From positions 87,298,001-87,362,000 of the forward strand of contig OZ076409.1 of the NCBI GenBank assembly GCA_964187785.1: a stretch of 64,000 nt of DNA, in the 5' to 3' direction. The stretch comes from Amphiscolops sp. MND2022. Lineage: Eukaryota. This document shows positions 12,816-25,486 of the stretch, in pieces. The translations under genes were made by a program, and so were the position numbers. Positions within the stretch are counted from its first letter, which is position 1, and each line of letters starts with the position of its first letter. The notes under the pieces were generated by a model that saw only the letters and a program-made list of their open reading frames with translations, was not told the DNA's origin and made no database searches.

Positions 12816-15800
12816 CTAAATGCTCCATGGCGTTCGCTTCATCTTCCTTGAGTTGCGCCACCACCATGCAGTCGTTGGGTCCGACTCTTGCTCGTCCTCT
12901 TGCACGGGTTCACCTCCTGCATCCGATGCTTCTGCCGCCTCGTCATCAATGAACGGGTTGCGCGGAGGGCTTTGCTCTACGAAAGACTCGTCTAAATTTA
13001 CGAAATCTTCCAGCTCGGAATCGCTGTACTCTCTCTGGTTGAATCCCAAATCAGGAGGTGACCAAGTTTCCATCAATTCTTGGGTTATCGTTATTGGCTC
13101 GTCATCATTTTGTGTGAAAATTTCTTCAGGCTCTCTCACCACTTGTGCATTTTGCTTTTCTTCTGTAAAAATTTGTGTCACTGTGTTGACGGGATCGTTA
13201 CCTATCAATTCATCCGATGTAGGATTTGTTGGCATCTCTTCTTCATCCTCTTTGTTGCCCCAATCCGGTTCGTCGATGATGTCTTTGGTGACATGGACAT
13301 CTCTAATCATGTAATGTCCATGAGGCAGTGTTGAGATACCATCTTCTAGGATGAATCGTTTGTCGTCAAACGAGCTTAGTGACACTTTGTTGGTCTTGAT
13401 AGTTTGCAGTTGATGCTTTTCCGACCCTTTTTCATGTTGATTGTTCTGAAGGACTTTCCTGTAAGCAAAACTTTTTTGTAAGGTTCATGATTCAGGTCTT
13501 TCTGCGCAAACCTGCAGACGCCTTTGGCAGATAGCTTGTCGACCTCCGACCATGATGGAATACATTTTTGGTTTTAAGCCGACAAATTCCTCAACTGGTT
13601 CTCCTGCGAGTTCATCTTTGAACTTGAGGGTGACCATCTTGTTTTCAACATTGTACAGGAAATGATCGGTTGGGTAAGTGGAGAGGTCGAAATGTTGACG
13701 CAATTCCTCGTTGGTGGCTAGTTCCTCGTAGATATCTGTATGTTTGATTTCAGACAGCAGCGAATCAGTGTCTGAATAGAGAACAAAGCAATTAAAGTGC
13801 TTCTTCATTACATTGTGATGAAAGTCAAACATGTGAAGCTTGGCTAAATCCAAAACTGTAGCCCCAACTATTGTTGGCTTGTTCCAGAGAATGCATCGTT
13901 TTTTCGATGATATAGCGGCAAGGTTCTCGTCGAATTTTTTAAACTGGCAAAAGAGTGGGGTGTCTGTTTTCCCCAAAACATCATTTCTGTTTGTCACTAG
14001 CTGCACAGTCAGACAATTTCTCTTGCTCTCGAGAGTTTTTCCGTAGCAAGAGTTGTTCATTAGCTTGAAGAAACTTTCCTCAAACTTGTTCCGGGACTCT
14101 TTTCGTTTTTGCGTGCTCAGTTCCATGTACGGCTGAAGCAACTGCGATTGTCGGAATTTTAGTACGCGGTGAACTTTCGTCACTTCCATGCCGAGGCTTA
14201 CATAGAGTTTGAGGGTTAGGTAGTGTAGTGTGTAGTTGTTTTTGTCCGCAAGTGTTTGGATGAGCTTTTTACCTTGACTGTTTTGTCTTGTTTCACCCAT
14301 CATCTCGAGCAGTTCTTGCTGTCTCTCGCCCAGACCTTCGTAGTAGATTTGCTCTTTTGTTGGCGCTAGTGGAAAGTCTTCATGTCAATCATGGAGTCCA
14401 TCGGGGTAATGCAAATCAACTTCAAGAATAAAAGCAAACTCTGAATCGTTTGTAGTTGCCAAAATTCCTTCGAGGTTTTATTCTTGCACTGTTTCGAAGC
14501 TGTTTTTTGGCAACGGAAACTTTTCCATGGTGCCTCCATACAAGTTGTTTGCATCAAGAAGTACCCCATAGGTGTTGTAGTTGTGTTCTGCAACGTATCT
14601 ATTGTTGGCCTTGAAGAACTTTTTGTCAAATACCGAGGCAACCCTGCATCTAATCATGTTCTCCACCATTTCTAAGTGCTCTCGATCTGTCAGCAGCTCA
14701 ATGTCGGCTTTACAATGTTTCAAAAATGCATCACCTGACATATGGGAGCAAGTGAAATAGTGTGCATTGTCCAGTCCATATGTTTTGTAACAGAGGCTTC
14801 TGAACTCTTCGAAAACACATGCCAACAGAAGTGTGTCTGTTTCGAGATACAAGTCATGATAGTCTCCCAAGTTTAGGCATCCGAATGTTCGGAAAACGTT
14901 ATCGACATGCTTCCATTCCTCTTGTGTTACCAAGATTGCCCCGTTGCGCAGTGAATCCTTCCATTGGTGTCTTGGTGGTAGCTTCGTCTCGAGATAAATA
15001 TCAAAATTGTCAAAGTAAGAATAGGGATAATACCCCTTTTGATGTATAAGGCTTATGTCTTCTGTAGAGTAGTCTGAATAGCATCGGTCCAATATTTTGA
15101 ACTTTTCTTGAGGCAAAAATCCAGCAAGTTTCTCGAGTGAAAAGGTCATGAAACGATAAGAGTCAATAAATCGCAAGTACTCGAAAATAGTCTTTGTCAT
15201 TCCATTTTTGTCTTGGTATGTCCTAACGGGTACCCCGACTGTTATTGTGATGAATTTTGCGTCTGTCGACGGAATCACCTCAGATTTGCAACCAGGTTTA
15301 AACTTGTGAATATGATGCAAGTCATAGTTTGACAAATTGTGCGCCATGACTGGAATGAAATTGACAGTCTTCCTTTGGAAATTGCATTCTGGGTGCGCGA
15401 ATCCCAGAAACTTGCCCGAGTAATGGCAATGGTCAATCATTTTATCATCCTCCAGGTCTCTGTGTATTCCAAATTGACCTTCGCAGATCCAACAAAGTTG
15501 AGCTTCTTGAGGCCTTTCGGGTACTGTATCGCGAAAGTATCGGTTATTCTGTTTCTTTTCATGAATGTCTTGAGCAATCGTCTGCAGTGCGTCAACAAAT
15601 TTCTCCATGCAATTTTCCGACCTTTCTAATTGCATGAAAACGCGGTCTGGGGTATCGTGCTCAATTCCAACAATACAAAAACCGCTTGGTTTATGAATTT
15701 CCGTGACACTTGTTGACTGATTAACATTTTGACATCCAGCCACGGGTTGAATGATTGACTCCAAGTCAAAATAGATAACAACTGGTGCAAACCAGCGAGC

Positions 15801-17088
15801 TTGCCAGTTTTTAAACTTGAGATTGTTTTTTTCTGGTGACGGCATTTTTACGACAGTCGGCTCATGTTGCAAACAACTAACTTGATGTCGTTGGTATGTC
15901 ATTTCATTCAAGCATACATGGAAGCAGTTCCTGCAGAGGACTCTATGTGAAATGTCGTATTTCCTTTTACAAGAGTGACTAGCCTCAAGAGATCCAGTAT
16001 CAGAATGTAGTGATACTCTTGTCCATCATCCACCAGCAACAGGTCAATTTCGAGGCCATCTCGTTTCTCTCGAGTTACTCACAGGGGAACCAGTTGCTTT
16101 TCTGTGTATCTGAACACGTTGATTTCGCTTTCATTCAATTTTTCAAATCGAAGCATCTGTCCGAAACCCATCGGCATCTCGAAAACGCCGTTTTGCTGGT
16201 GAGCAATTGGATTACGCTTAGAGTAAGTGTCCGGACTAGTCCTCCTAGCAATTGAATCTCTGCCAGCCACATAGAATAGAGGTCCGTTCTTGAGGTGCCA
16301 CACTGCTGTGAAGCAGTACAAGAAAGAATTGTGATCCTGGCGGTTTCGTATGTTTATTAGCAAGCGAGACGCGTCCAATTCAGGTGGAGTAGGCAGATAC
16401 GAAGATCCACGAATTGGATTGAACGCTGCAAAGTTGACATCCAGCTATAGAATTTTATCCAATATCCAACAACTTCCCGATGCGTTGAAGGTAAACAGAG
16501 TATTAACCATTTTGCCAACCATAGTTGGGAAATCAGCCTGTGACAGGTTTTTGCCGTACACAGGTACCATTGCAGAGCGGAGGAAAAGTTCTGTTTCATC
16601 TCCTTTAGTCGGCTTGTAAAGCTCTGTTCGTAGAACTAGCTGCACTTTTCGACCGGTTCGGGTTACGTTTTCACAAACCAACCTGTGAATTGGGGGCTTT
16701 ACGTCTGTCATGAACTGCATCAAGTCGTATTCTCCAGATCCGTCATTTTTGAACACCTTTAGTGCCCCGTCGAAAGCTGACGAGATGGGTTTTGTGATTT
16801 CCCGCCCAGAGTCTGCGGGTGGGGTAGATCATGTTTCTCAATCAAGTGTTTGTAGAATTGTTCGGGATTATCGAATCCCACGCCACAATAGACACACATC
16901 TTTTCCAGCTGCGTCCCGTGGTTCTCGTTGACGTGTTTATCCATTTCGCTGACTGATAGCTCAATCTTGTGGCAAACATTGCATTCCAGGACGAATAGAA
17001 AAGCAGGAATTTTATGAACATGTCGTCGGTGTTTACGAAGAAAATTTTTGTTGGGAAATGTTTTCTGGCACTTGTCGCAGGTTCTCAT
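12816..17088 (-). pseudogene. polB: Protein-primed family B DNA polymerase (pPolB), frameshifted
   Basis: Fragments 16759-17088 (C2H2-like fingers), 16445-16756, 16079-16378, 14478-15911 (YFDLES ExoI, DHCHYSGKFLGFAHPECN, HNLSNYD ExoII, LLDANNLYG motif A), 13485-14303 (KLMNNSCYGK motif B, YSDTDS motif C, GLKPKMY), 12816-13385 (LSSFDDKR..LPHGH plus acidic tail). Confidence 0.95.
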
Positions 17089-18425
17089 CTTGATTGAGAT
17101 ATTTGATTGAAACTACTATATCAGAAGAATTTGTTGTCCGAAGAAAAATACCTTGTTGATACAATTATGTGAGAAAATGAAATTGTTTTTACAAAAGAAT
17201 AAATTCACTCTGAAATAGTATTTTCAATCAAATATTGCAGGTGAGATTTGGTTATTTTCAACAATTTTTGCTTGTGAGGGTAACTGATTTGCAACAAAGT
17301 TGGAGATTTTTTGATTTTATTTTTGAAAAATTTCGTTTTAAAGTTAAGCTATCGGGGGTGATTCGGGTTCGACGACAGACGCAAGCTGACGCACCCCCTC
17401 TCAGACAACCGGCGGTTATTCTCGTTTGAACCGGCAAGATAGAGACGAGCTGACGCACCCCCTCCCAGACAATCGGCGGTTGATTTTGTTTAAATCGGCA
17501 AGGTAAGAAAGTGCAACTGTTGAAACACAACCCCTCTAGGCACACTACGCAGTAAAAGGAAGTGGGCTGTCGTTTAGTTTTTCTCAGCCCTCAATCGTAA
17601 AAATGCAATCTGTCGCTCTTCGCCGCCGGACTTGTCTGACCGCGAGCCGAAATCATTTGCTTCTTGCCTGATTTTAAAATCAACTGCTGTTCAATTTCTT
17701 CTCCTCAACTTCTTTGCTGTTTGCCATTTCATAATCATCTGTTCAATTTCGTCCTCACTTTTTCGCTGTTTGTCTAGTGGATTTATTTTCAATTCAAAAC
17801 GCTCTTTGACCCGATCATGATCCCGATTAGATCGTGCCTTAGACGAGCTGGTATCAAATTATGGACCTCCGCTAAGAAAATCGGTCACTTTCAACGACCT
17901 AGTCGAAACATTTGGAGATGTTGTCACTCTGGAGCCGTCCCTGCAACCTCAGAAAGCTGCCCGATCACCTTCAATGAGCGACATGCAATGCCTTTGCAGC
18001 TGGCAGAATCCCAACCGCAACGGAAACCACCCGTCAAGCCGCAGCGAAAAAATCTGCGTGTGAGTTTCTCCCCCTTCTACTTAACAATTAAGCCATGTGG
18101 TAGGACTTACACATCCGTCACAGCTCTAGAGGAGGAGAGTGAGTACTGGAAGCAGGGGGCTTTCGATGGCGAGCCATTTTATAAAATGAACTGCCAGAAC
18201 TTGTTTTGTTTTTGAACTTGTGTCTTGTTATTTGATCACTAATTTGAATTTGTGTTATTCGATATTGTTCTTTTGTATTGTCATTCGATCCATCTTTTAA
18301 CATTTGAATCCAATTAATTCTTGTTTGTTTTCTCTTTTGAAAATATAGGCTTGAAGTAAGAAACTTTAATTAGAAAAGACAGTTTTAAATGAAATGTTTT
18401 ATGAATCGCATTAGTTTTTGTTCAC

Positions 18426-18814
18426 TTAATAAGGAATTACTGGAAAATTAGCGCTAAATACATAATGAGCTATATAAATGCAATAAAGTCCACACAAGTT
18501 TGAATCAAACTTTTGCAGAGGAGCTTGTATAATCTCTGTCACTCTCAAATCTGCAAAAGATAGTCGTCGATCACGAACATGAGGGTAATTGTTGAGTGGA
18601 AGGCCAAGCGGGTCAGCGAATAAGTACTTGTTGTTTCTCTTGCACAGCAAAAGCCAATGAGTTCCCATTTGGGTAGCCTTGTCTGAATTGACAAAAAAGT
18701 TGCCATTCTTTAAATTGGGTAGGGGGAATTATCTGCTGCATAAACACCAGCAAATTTGTACTTCAAGTGTTTGCACTTGTTAATAAGACTGCCCAACTGT
18801 AGTTCGTCAATCAT
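18426..18814 (-). pseudogene. Adenain-type cysteine protease (Polinton PRO), frameshifted
   Basis: ATG at 18814 gives MIDELQL...FAGVYAADN, then a frameshift into GTHWLLL...ADPLG...LQKFDSNLCGLYC (H/D/Q/C catalytic pattern). Confidence 0.88.
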
Positions 18815-18898
18815 TTTCTTGTAATTGCGGTATCGGGAGCTATATAGTAGTTCTTTGAGACTTTTCGGCTGTTATTGTTGTAAGCTGTTGAAGCGCAT

Positions 18899-20130
18899 TC
18901 ATTCTCCCAATAGAAGTACTTCTGTGATTTGTGCCAGTGCGGTATCAAACCGCAAACTGATTGAGATTGATGCACTTGTAAGTTCAGGATGTAAATAATC
19001 ATGCGATGCTTGATGAGTACTGATTAGATCGAAAACTAACAGATAATGATTCGCATATTCTTCGAATGAAATTCCATGACCATGCTCATGAAACGCTAGA
19101 GCTCCCATTGAATTGAGGTACATCTTTTTGTCGGTGTCCGTCTCTAAGGGTGTTCCAGCAGTTGGACAACCATTACGATAGACTGTTATGCTGCGCAAAC
19201 CAAATTTTTGATAGGGGAATGGGTTCGTTGTTTTGGCTCCCACAAAGCCAGCATTGGTTGACATGGCAAGTATAAATCTTCGAATTGGTTGACCGCTAAA
19301 GACATTTTCTTGATCCCAACTTTGTGAATTTTGCCCGATTAGAAAAGTCCTTGGAATGATCTCAGTGTACCGATATCGAGCAGTAGCTTTCGTCAAAGTT
19401 GTTTCGATTGCTGAATAGGCATTCTCAGTCAGCGTCATTTTGCGGACATACAAATTGGCTTGAGTTATATTAACTTTGTAGTCTTTGCCTGCATCGTCAA
19501 AAATCAAGCGAAATTCGGGCCTGGTTCGAAGAAAGTATATTCTCAGCTCAACTCCACTCACAAGATGTTTTTCGCACGAGAAAAAATCTGAAGCAACTCG
19601 CCCAATGAAAGTTACAGTGCCTGAAGATCTTGTTTCCGCTTCTCTCTTTGTGAAAGCTCCCAAGGTGCGCGTACTAGGGTTGGATTCGTAGTTATAACCC
19701 TGACATTCCAACCATGAGTTTTTTGCTTCCTAGTTGTGGGAAAATTCTGTTTCAATAAAGGCCTTGTAGGCGTAGAGTCCATTCGCAGAAGAAACCTTTA
19801 CTCGTTGGGCTGTTACAGTGCAATCCGAGACTATTGAATGAAGTGTATTGTTGACAAAGACTGGCGTGTCTTGCTGAGTTGCGTCTCCGGTCACATAATT
19901 TAAATTGGTGTTGTCTGCTTTCACAATTTTACACTTGACTTCCAAATAAATGTTTTGTAAATCGATAAAGTTGGTCCCGTCTCCTTTGACTTCAAACTCC
20001 AACGTTGGTCCATTGGGGGCATACAGCGGGCCAATTTTCTGCTCAAAAGACCCGTCAAAGTTGACTAGTAGTTGGGGCCTTTCGAAAATATCGAGTGAAG
20101 TGTGCGAGGTTTCGATTGGTAAAGCGTTAC
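18899..20130 (-). pseudogene. Major capsid protein (double jelly-roll, hexon-like), with in-frame TAG at 19730
   Basis: GPTLEFEVKGDGTNFIDLQNIYLEVKCKI...VNNTLHSI..YAYKAFIE (ORF 19730-20236) is in frame with ORF 18899-19711 (NPFPYQKFGL..LLVFDL); typical Polinton MCP motifs; true start uncertain. Confidence 0.85.
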
Positions 20131-20132
20131 TG

Positions 20133-20504
20133 TTAATCAACAATTTTGACTCTAGAGAAAAAATCTGACCGACTTCTTCGTGTGAATGTTTTGCGTCGAA
20201 TGAATCGTTTTCCTCTTCTCCTATTTTTTGATCCACCCAATTGTTTCTTTACAGTTTTGCGGACTGCTGATCGAACCGCTTGTTTTGGTGTTTTCTTTTT
20301 TGATGCCACGTCAAGCAATTCGGGTATTTTTTGTGATAAGAATTCTTTGCCAATTGATTTAACAGCGGGAAGCAAAAACTTTTTGGCAAATGGTAAAGCT
20401 ACTCGTCCAACACCAGCTGCTAAGGAACCGAAACCACTTCCACGTTGTCTTGCAGGTCCTGAGAAATGGGGTAGTTGTGCCTGATGGGCGTAGTATTGTT
20501 CCAT
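20133..20504 (-). CDS. Cupiennin-like basic/amphipathic virion core or membrane-active protein
   Basis: YY..Q...F.G..RQRGSG|FGSLAAGVGRVALPFAKKFLLPAVKSIGKEFL amphipathic segment plus Arg/Lys-rich tail; lies between mCP and MCP as in adintoviruses. Confidence 0.7.
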   Translation of the reverse strand: MEQYYAHQAQLPHFSGPARQRGSGFGSLAAGVGRVALPFAKKFLLPAVKSIGKEFLSQKIPELLDVASKKKTPKQAVRSAVRKTVKKQLGGSKNRRRGKRFIRRKTFTRRSRSDFFSRVKIVD

Positions 20505-20507
20505 TTA

Positions 20508-21352
20508 TTAAAATTTCCTAAATTTGAGTGTGAGAGCTACTAGACCGGTACCAACGAAAGGAACTTTTTGTCCAGTAATGGACATCAACTCAATTTGAAA
20601 TTCTTCAATTGAACTATTAATGAGCTTCTTGAACTGTAGCTCAGTAAAAACTTTATGAGCTGTCGTTGAAGTGTTTAAAAGTTTCCCGTCTTGAATTTGT
20701 TTTGTGTTTTCAATAATTCGCAAAAGAGGCGACTTTATTCCAGCAACATGTTGATGTTCAATGATGTTGGTTTTGACGAGAAACATGTTGGTTCTGTGAG
20801 ATCTGGTGAACAAGTATTTTTGATTGGTTGTTTCATATTTGCGACTTTGTAGTTCGTTCTTATGTAATAGCCTCCTCGATTTGTATCTGGCACCCTGGAT
20901 ACCCAAAACCACAAAGAGGCTGCGATCTCTGACACTTATTCCATATCGGCTTTTGAAACTAATTTCAATGCTATCCTCCACATAATCTGCAGAGTTTAAT
21001 GGCTTTTTGGTTTCAGTTGCCTGGTCTAGTTGCTCCAGAATGCTGCTGATTGTCTGATACTCTCCAGCTTCAATTTTAGCATTATCTAACCAATCCTCTC
21101 GTTTGATAACTGCACCGCCTTCACTACTCGGGACAGGAGTGTTGTCATATGGTGTTTTGGGTGTGTAAATGAAAAAGTCAGTTGTAGTAATGTTTTTGAT
21201 GCTGGTAGGGAAAATGATTTCGGCAAGCGCTACCCGCCAGTCACTTTCCAAGTGAATTGGGTGCGCCAAAAGGTTACGAAACACTGCCATTGTGTTGCCG
21301 CTGTATATATTCATGGAACCTGCTGATTCCAGGTAAATGTCAAAATTGTCAT
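20508..21352 (-). pseudogene. Minor capsid protein (penton, single jelly-roll)
   Basis: FDIYLESAGSMNIYSGNTMAVFRNLLAHPIHLESDWRVALAEIIFP ... NIIEHQHVAGIKSPLLRII ... VPF..G.VALTLKFRK; probable internal compensating frameshifts near 20790-20890. Confidence 0.8.
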
Positions 21353-22318
21353 TGACCTTCACAAGTTCGGGTTCGTAAATTTTTCCGTTGATTGTATCAC
21401 CACTCTCGTCTCTCAAATTGTATGTTGGAGGGTTGAACGTTCAAATTTTTATGTAAAAATTTCGTCAGTGAAACTTTATTTATATCCCTTTTTGAAAGGT
21501 AAATCTTGTTTTGCTATCCGACTTTTATCACGGAGACTAAACTTCGGTTTTTTGACAAATTTGCTCGACTGCTCTGCAGCTAGAGATCGTAAATGTGGCT
21601 CGTGCTTCTTTGTAACTTTGTTTGGGCCAACTTTATTACACGATTGACGCGTGAGTTGATTGTGCTGACAAGTTGAGATAGCTTGCTGATGTAATGATTT
21701 GTCCACTTGTTTTCCATGTTTTTGTACATGATATTTTTGAGTGAACTAATGTTTCTCTCTGCAAAAGCTGACTTTGTTTCGCTGGCAGTTGTATATGTTG
21801 CTATTCCTCTCTGATCGCGAAGATTTTTGAATGCTCCTTTGAGTTCGGTTCCCTTGTCTGACCAAACATTCTGCGGTTGCACTTTCTCAATCATCTTTTC
21901 GAATGCTTTAGCAGCGTCAGGAGCACTTTTTGATCGCATTGGTACAACACGTAAAAATCTTGATAACACATCCACTGCAACCAGTAAATACTTGACTCCA
22001 TTGTTATATTTTGCCAACTTGTCCACATAGGCGACATCTATTGACCAAATTTCGTTAATTTCGTAAGCAATTACTTCAAGGCTGAGAATTTACGCTGAAT
22101 TTGTCGGTATTTTGTATGGGCGTTTTTTTGATGCAAAAAAGTGTCAATTTTTGCTTTTGGCATTTTGCTGGTCTGTTTTGCAAATTTCTCGCACTCCCGT
22201 AAGCAGCAGGTCCACTTGTGTACATTTTTTCCAAGTTTGCTTGTTCAGTTGTTGAAAGTTTCCCAATCCTTCGAGCCATCTTCTTGGCCTTCAAAACTGT
22301 GGCCAGATTGCTGGTCAT
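21353..22318 (-). pseudogene. Retroviral-like (rve) integrase, frameshifted
   Basis: LEKMYTSGPAAYGS N-terminus; KYLLVAVDVLSRF...WSDKGTE...KSAFAERN core; KPKFSLRDKSRIAK..FKKGY and LRDESGDTINGKIYEPELVKV C-terminus. Confidence 0.92.
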
Positions 22319-22763
22319 CTTTCTTGCGGGGTCTCTTTGGTGTCTTTCCGCTGCTTGTTGTCTTTCCTTGCAGTGGGGTAACCGGCAACGAAAATGCAGA
22401 TTTTACTCGTTTATTCGTTGTGCGGCTCGGAAAGCGATGGACATGAATGAATGTATGGGCCAAAAATGCCCATTCGTTTCGCAGCCAAAACTGTTGCCTA
22501 TTGCTTTCCGAGGCAGCACAAGCTACGTATTGAGTTTTTTTGCAAGAGCGATGGCTTTAATTGCCCATGCATACTCGATGATGAGTGTAAGGCGGGCAAG
22601 TAATTCTTTCGCTTTCTCAAAAATTTTTTTCAATATTTAGATAGATCTGCCACTCGCTTCGGCCAATTCAATACAATGCTTTGACATGGAAGTGTCTCAA
22701 TATTTATCTACACATGCAGATTTACAGTGTTCATTTTTTGCCAAAGATTTGTCAATTTCTTGT

Positions 22764-22965
22764 TCATTGTCAATTTAAAATGTCCCGTCTAAAATACTGG
22801 GAAAATAATACTTGAACTGATATTTTTTAGTCAAAAAATATTCCTGAATTAGTTTGATAAACCAGTGGTTTATCAAACTAATTCATGAATACTTGTTGAC
22901 TAAAAATATCAGTTCAATTATTAATTACCCAGTATTTTAGGCGGGACATTTTAAATTGACAATGA
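22764..22965. repeat. ~200-bp imperfect palindrome centred at 22865
   Basis: tcattgtcaatttaaaatgtcccg.ctaaaatactggg...gaattagtttgataaacca-g-tggtttatcaaactaattc...cccagtattttag.cgggacattttaaattgacaatga. Confidence 0.92.
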
Positions 22966-23540
22966 CGAAAATCTTCGTTCCGAAGCCAATATCTGCAGGA
23001 ATATTACCTTATAATTTTTTTCGTTCCGGAGCCAATCACTGCAGGAATATTATCGTGATAAATTTTAGTTTACTTCATTTTAAAACTGTTTAATACTTAA
23101 CTATTCCTTCTTTTGTATATAATGGCAATTATGATCGCGCAAATATGATAATTACAAATATCTTGATGTATTATGATGTGTATGTATATTATGATTTGTT
23201 AGTGTGTAATTTTGATGTATTTTATTTTTTGGAATTCATTAATTAAATCAGTATTCTGTGAATTGTTTTTGTTTTGAGGCAACAGAACAGTATAGTTGAT
23301 ATATAATGAGTTTAAGTTTTTTCAATCATAACAAAACAATTGTTTGATAGTTGTACAATTACTACAGAAACAACTTTATTCAATTATTCACCTTGATTGA
23401 TATATATGATTTTTTGATATTTATTAATTAAATTGGTATCCTGTGAATCGTCATTGATTTATTTATTGACAATTAATCTAATGATTAATCTGATATTCAC
23501 CATTTTGTCAAAGTGTGAACAGTCTTATCAATTGTTAAAG

Positions 23541-24439
23541 TTGGTGAATTCCCAAATAGCATAAGAGCAGATAACATAAAAACAAAATTAGTTTCAAAAA
23601 CCATAAACATGAAATGGGTTTCACAAAACAGAAAAACGAAATTGTTTACGAGAAAGTTTTAGTGGTCAAAAGCATTCACAAATCAAACAATTCACTGACA
23701 AAAGTGTGGAAATTACAGATAAGATTTTCTGAGTTCGATTGTTTAACCGGGTTTTCGGTTTTTTTTAATGTAATTTGAAACTAATTTTATTTTTATGTTA
23801 TTTGACACTAATTTTGTTTTTGTATTTTGTCAAAGTATTCTTTGAGTCGTCAAAATACTTTCACTTCTCCATTTTAGTGATTTAAGTGCTCAAGTAAATC
23901 AGTGAGATTGTTGTAATACGGAAGCAAAAGTTCATTTACACAAGACATTTACATTTACATTTTTGCAAATGTTTGTAATTTTCTGTTGATGAAACTACAA
24001 GTACATGTAATCGTGATGTAATCTTGTGAATACTCGCATCTGATTGGACGAAATTCTTTCGTCGCAAATTCCGACGAGGTCATACTGATACTGTGCGTGT
24101 AAAAGCTAGTCATTCGTTTTCATTTTTCTGCCATGTTAAAAACGTTACTTTTACGGATACGTAAGCTGGACATTGAACTAGGCAACTTACCGGACCATTT
24201 GAAACAGGTTAGAAATAATCAGTTGATTTATTAACTTTCAGGGTTGGCTTTTTAATACTTTCGTTTTAATAATTGCTTTCAAAATTTTTTCTTGATAAAC
24301 TTTGGTGAATTCCTAAATAACATAAGAACAAACAACAAAAATAAAATTAGTTTCCAAACACAAAGTTGAAATGAGTTTCACTAAACATAAAAATTAAATT
24401 GCTTACGAGAAAGTTTTAGTGGTCAAAAGCATTCACAAT
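23541..24439. repeat. ~140-bp diverged direct repeat (23541-23681 and 24302-24439)
   Basis: ttggtgaattcc.aaata.cataaga... ttacgagaaagttttagtggtcaaaagcattcacaa in both copies. Confidence 0.85.
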
Positions 24440-25486
24440 TGATTCAATGTTATTTGAAACTAGATTCATTTTTGTGTTATTTCAGCTCAGACAATTTTTC
24501 AAAAAAATATGAGAAAATCCGAATGATGCTTATATAGACGGTGGTACACTGTTATTCTAATCTCAGAAGTTTTGCCCATTTGGTTGCCAGAAATTCGGTT
24601 ACGGATATCAGAACGTGCCCATGGATTCCCGAGTTTTGGAAGGCTTTGTCGGTTACGTTACCCACTTTAATGCAATTTTGTTGTTCTTTTCAGCCCAAAT
24701 TTAGGCCAAGTCTTCATAGAGAACCCAGTTATACAAGTGCCAGTAACGAAGCAGTTCTCCAAGAACACTGCGGCTTTTCGACTGATAGAGATGAGCCAAC
24801 CGTCTGTCAGAGTTAGTTTTATTTTATCATGAACTTTTTGAAATCTTACATGTGTATATGTTTTGACTAATGCCCGCAGTTCATCAACCACAATTTGAAC
24901 ACATGAATAACAGGAAAACTAAATCCGAATGTTTCGCATTTGACTACGTTGCTGCAGGAGACGAGGAAGTTGAGACCGATGATGAACAAAGCACTCTCCA
25001 GGAACACATTTTGACTAATAGGGATCAAATCAGCCTCTTCAACGATCCGACCGTCGGCCCCAGTTAGTTCTTTTATATGATTACTTGAGAGTGTTAATCG
25101 ATATCCGCTTTTTGGAATATCCCTTGGCATTTTTGAATTCAAAATTGACAAAGAAAACAAAACCCGAAAATAATATACAGTAGTGATATTATTAAAAGCA
25201 TCAAAAGGCAAATCTGAAAATCGATTATCTCTAAAACGGCAGCGGTTAATGAAAACTGATGAAAATAAACGTTTCCTAGATTTTTATTTAGTTTACAAAT
25301 TTGTTTGTTTGGAAGATTTCTTTGAGATTACATGTTTCAGGATGACTTTGAAGTTTTTCATTCCACCTGCTTTGTTGCTTTTAAAAAAAAACACCACAGT
25401 ATTTGACTAGATGACAATAACTAATATTCCAACCAAAACTTATTTGAAAACTAAGTTAAAAACAAAGTTCGAGTTTATCAATGGTT

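Noticed and set aside
12820..13314. 164-aa plus-strand ORF and similar antisense ORFs (20146-20484, 27306-27629, 45878-46159)
   Set aside because: Antisense shadows of real minus-strand genes or repeats
24667..25211. Two adjacent minus-strand ORFs as an additional cargo gene
   Set aside because: May be a decayed gene, but no recognisable motif; insufficient support
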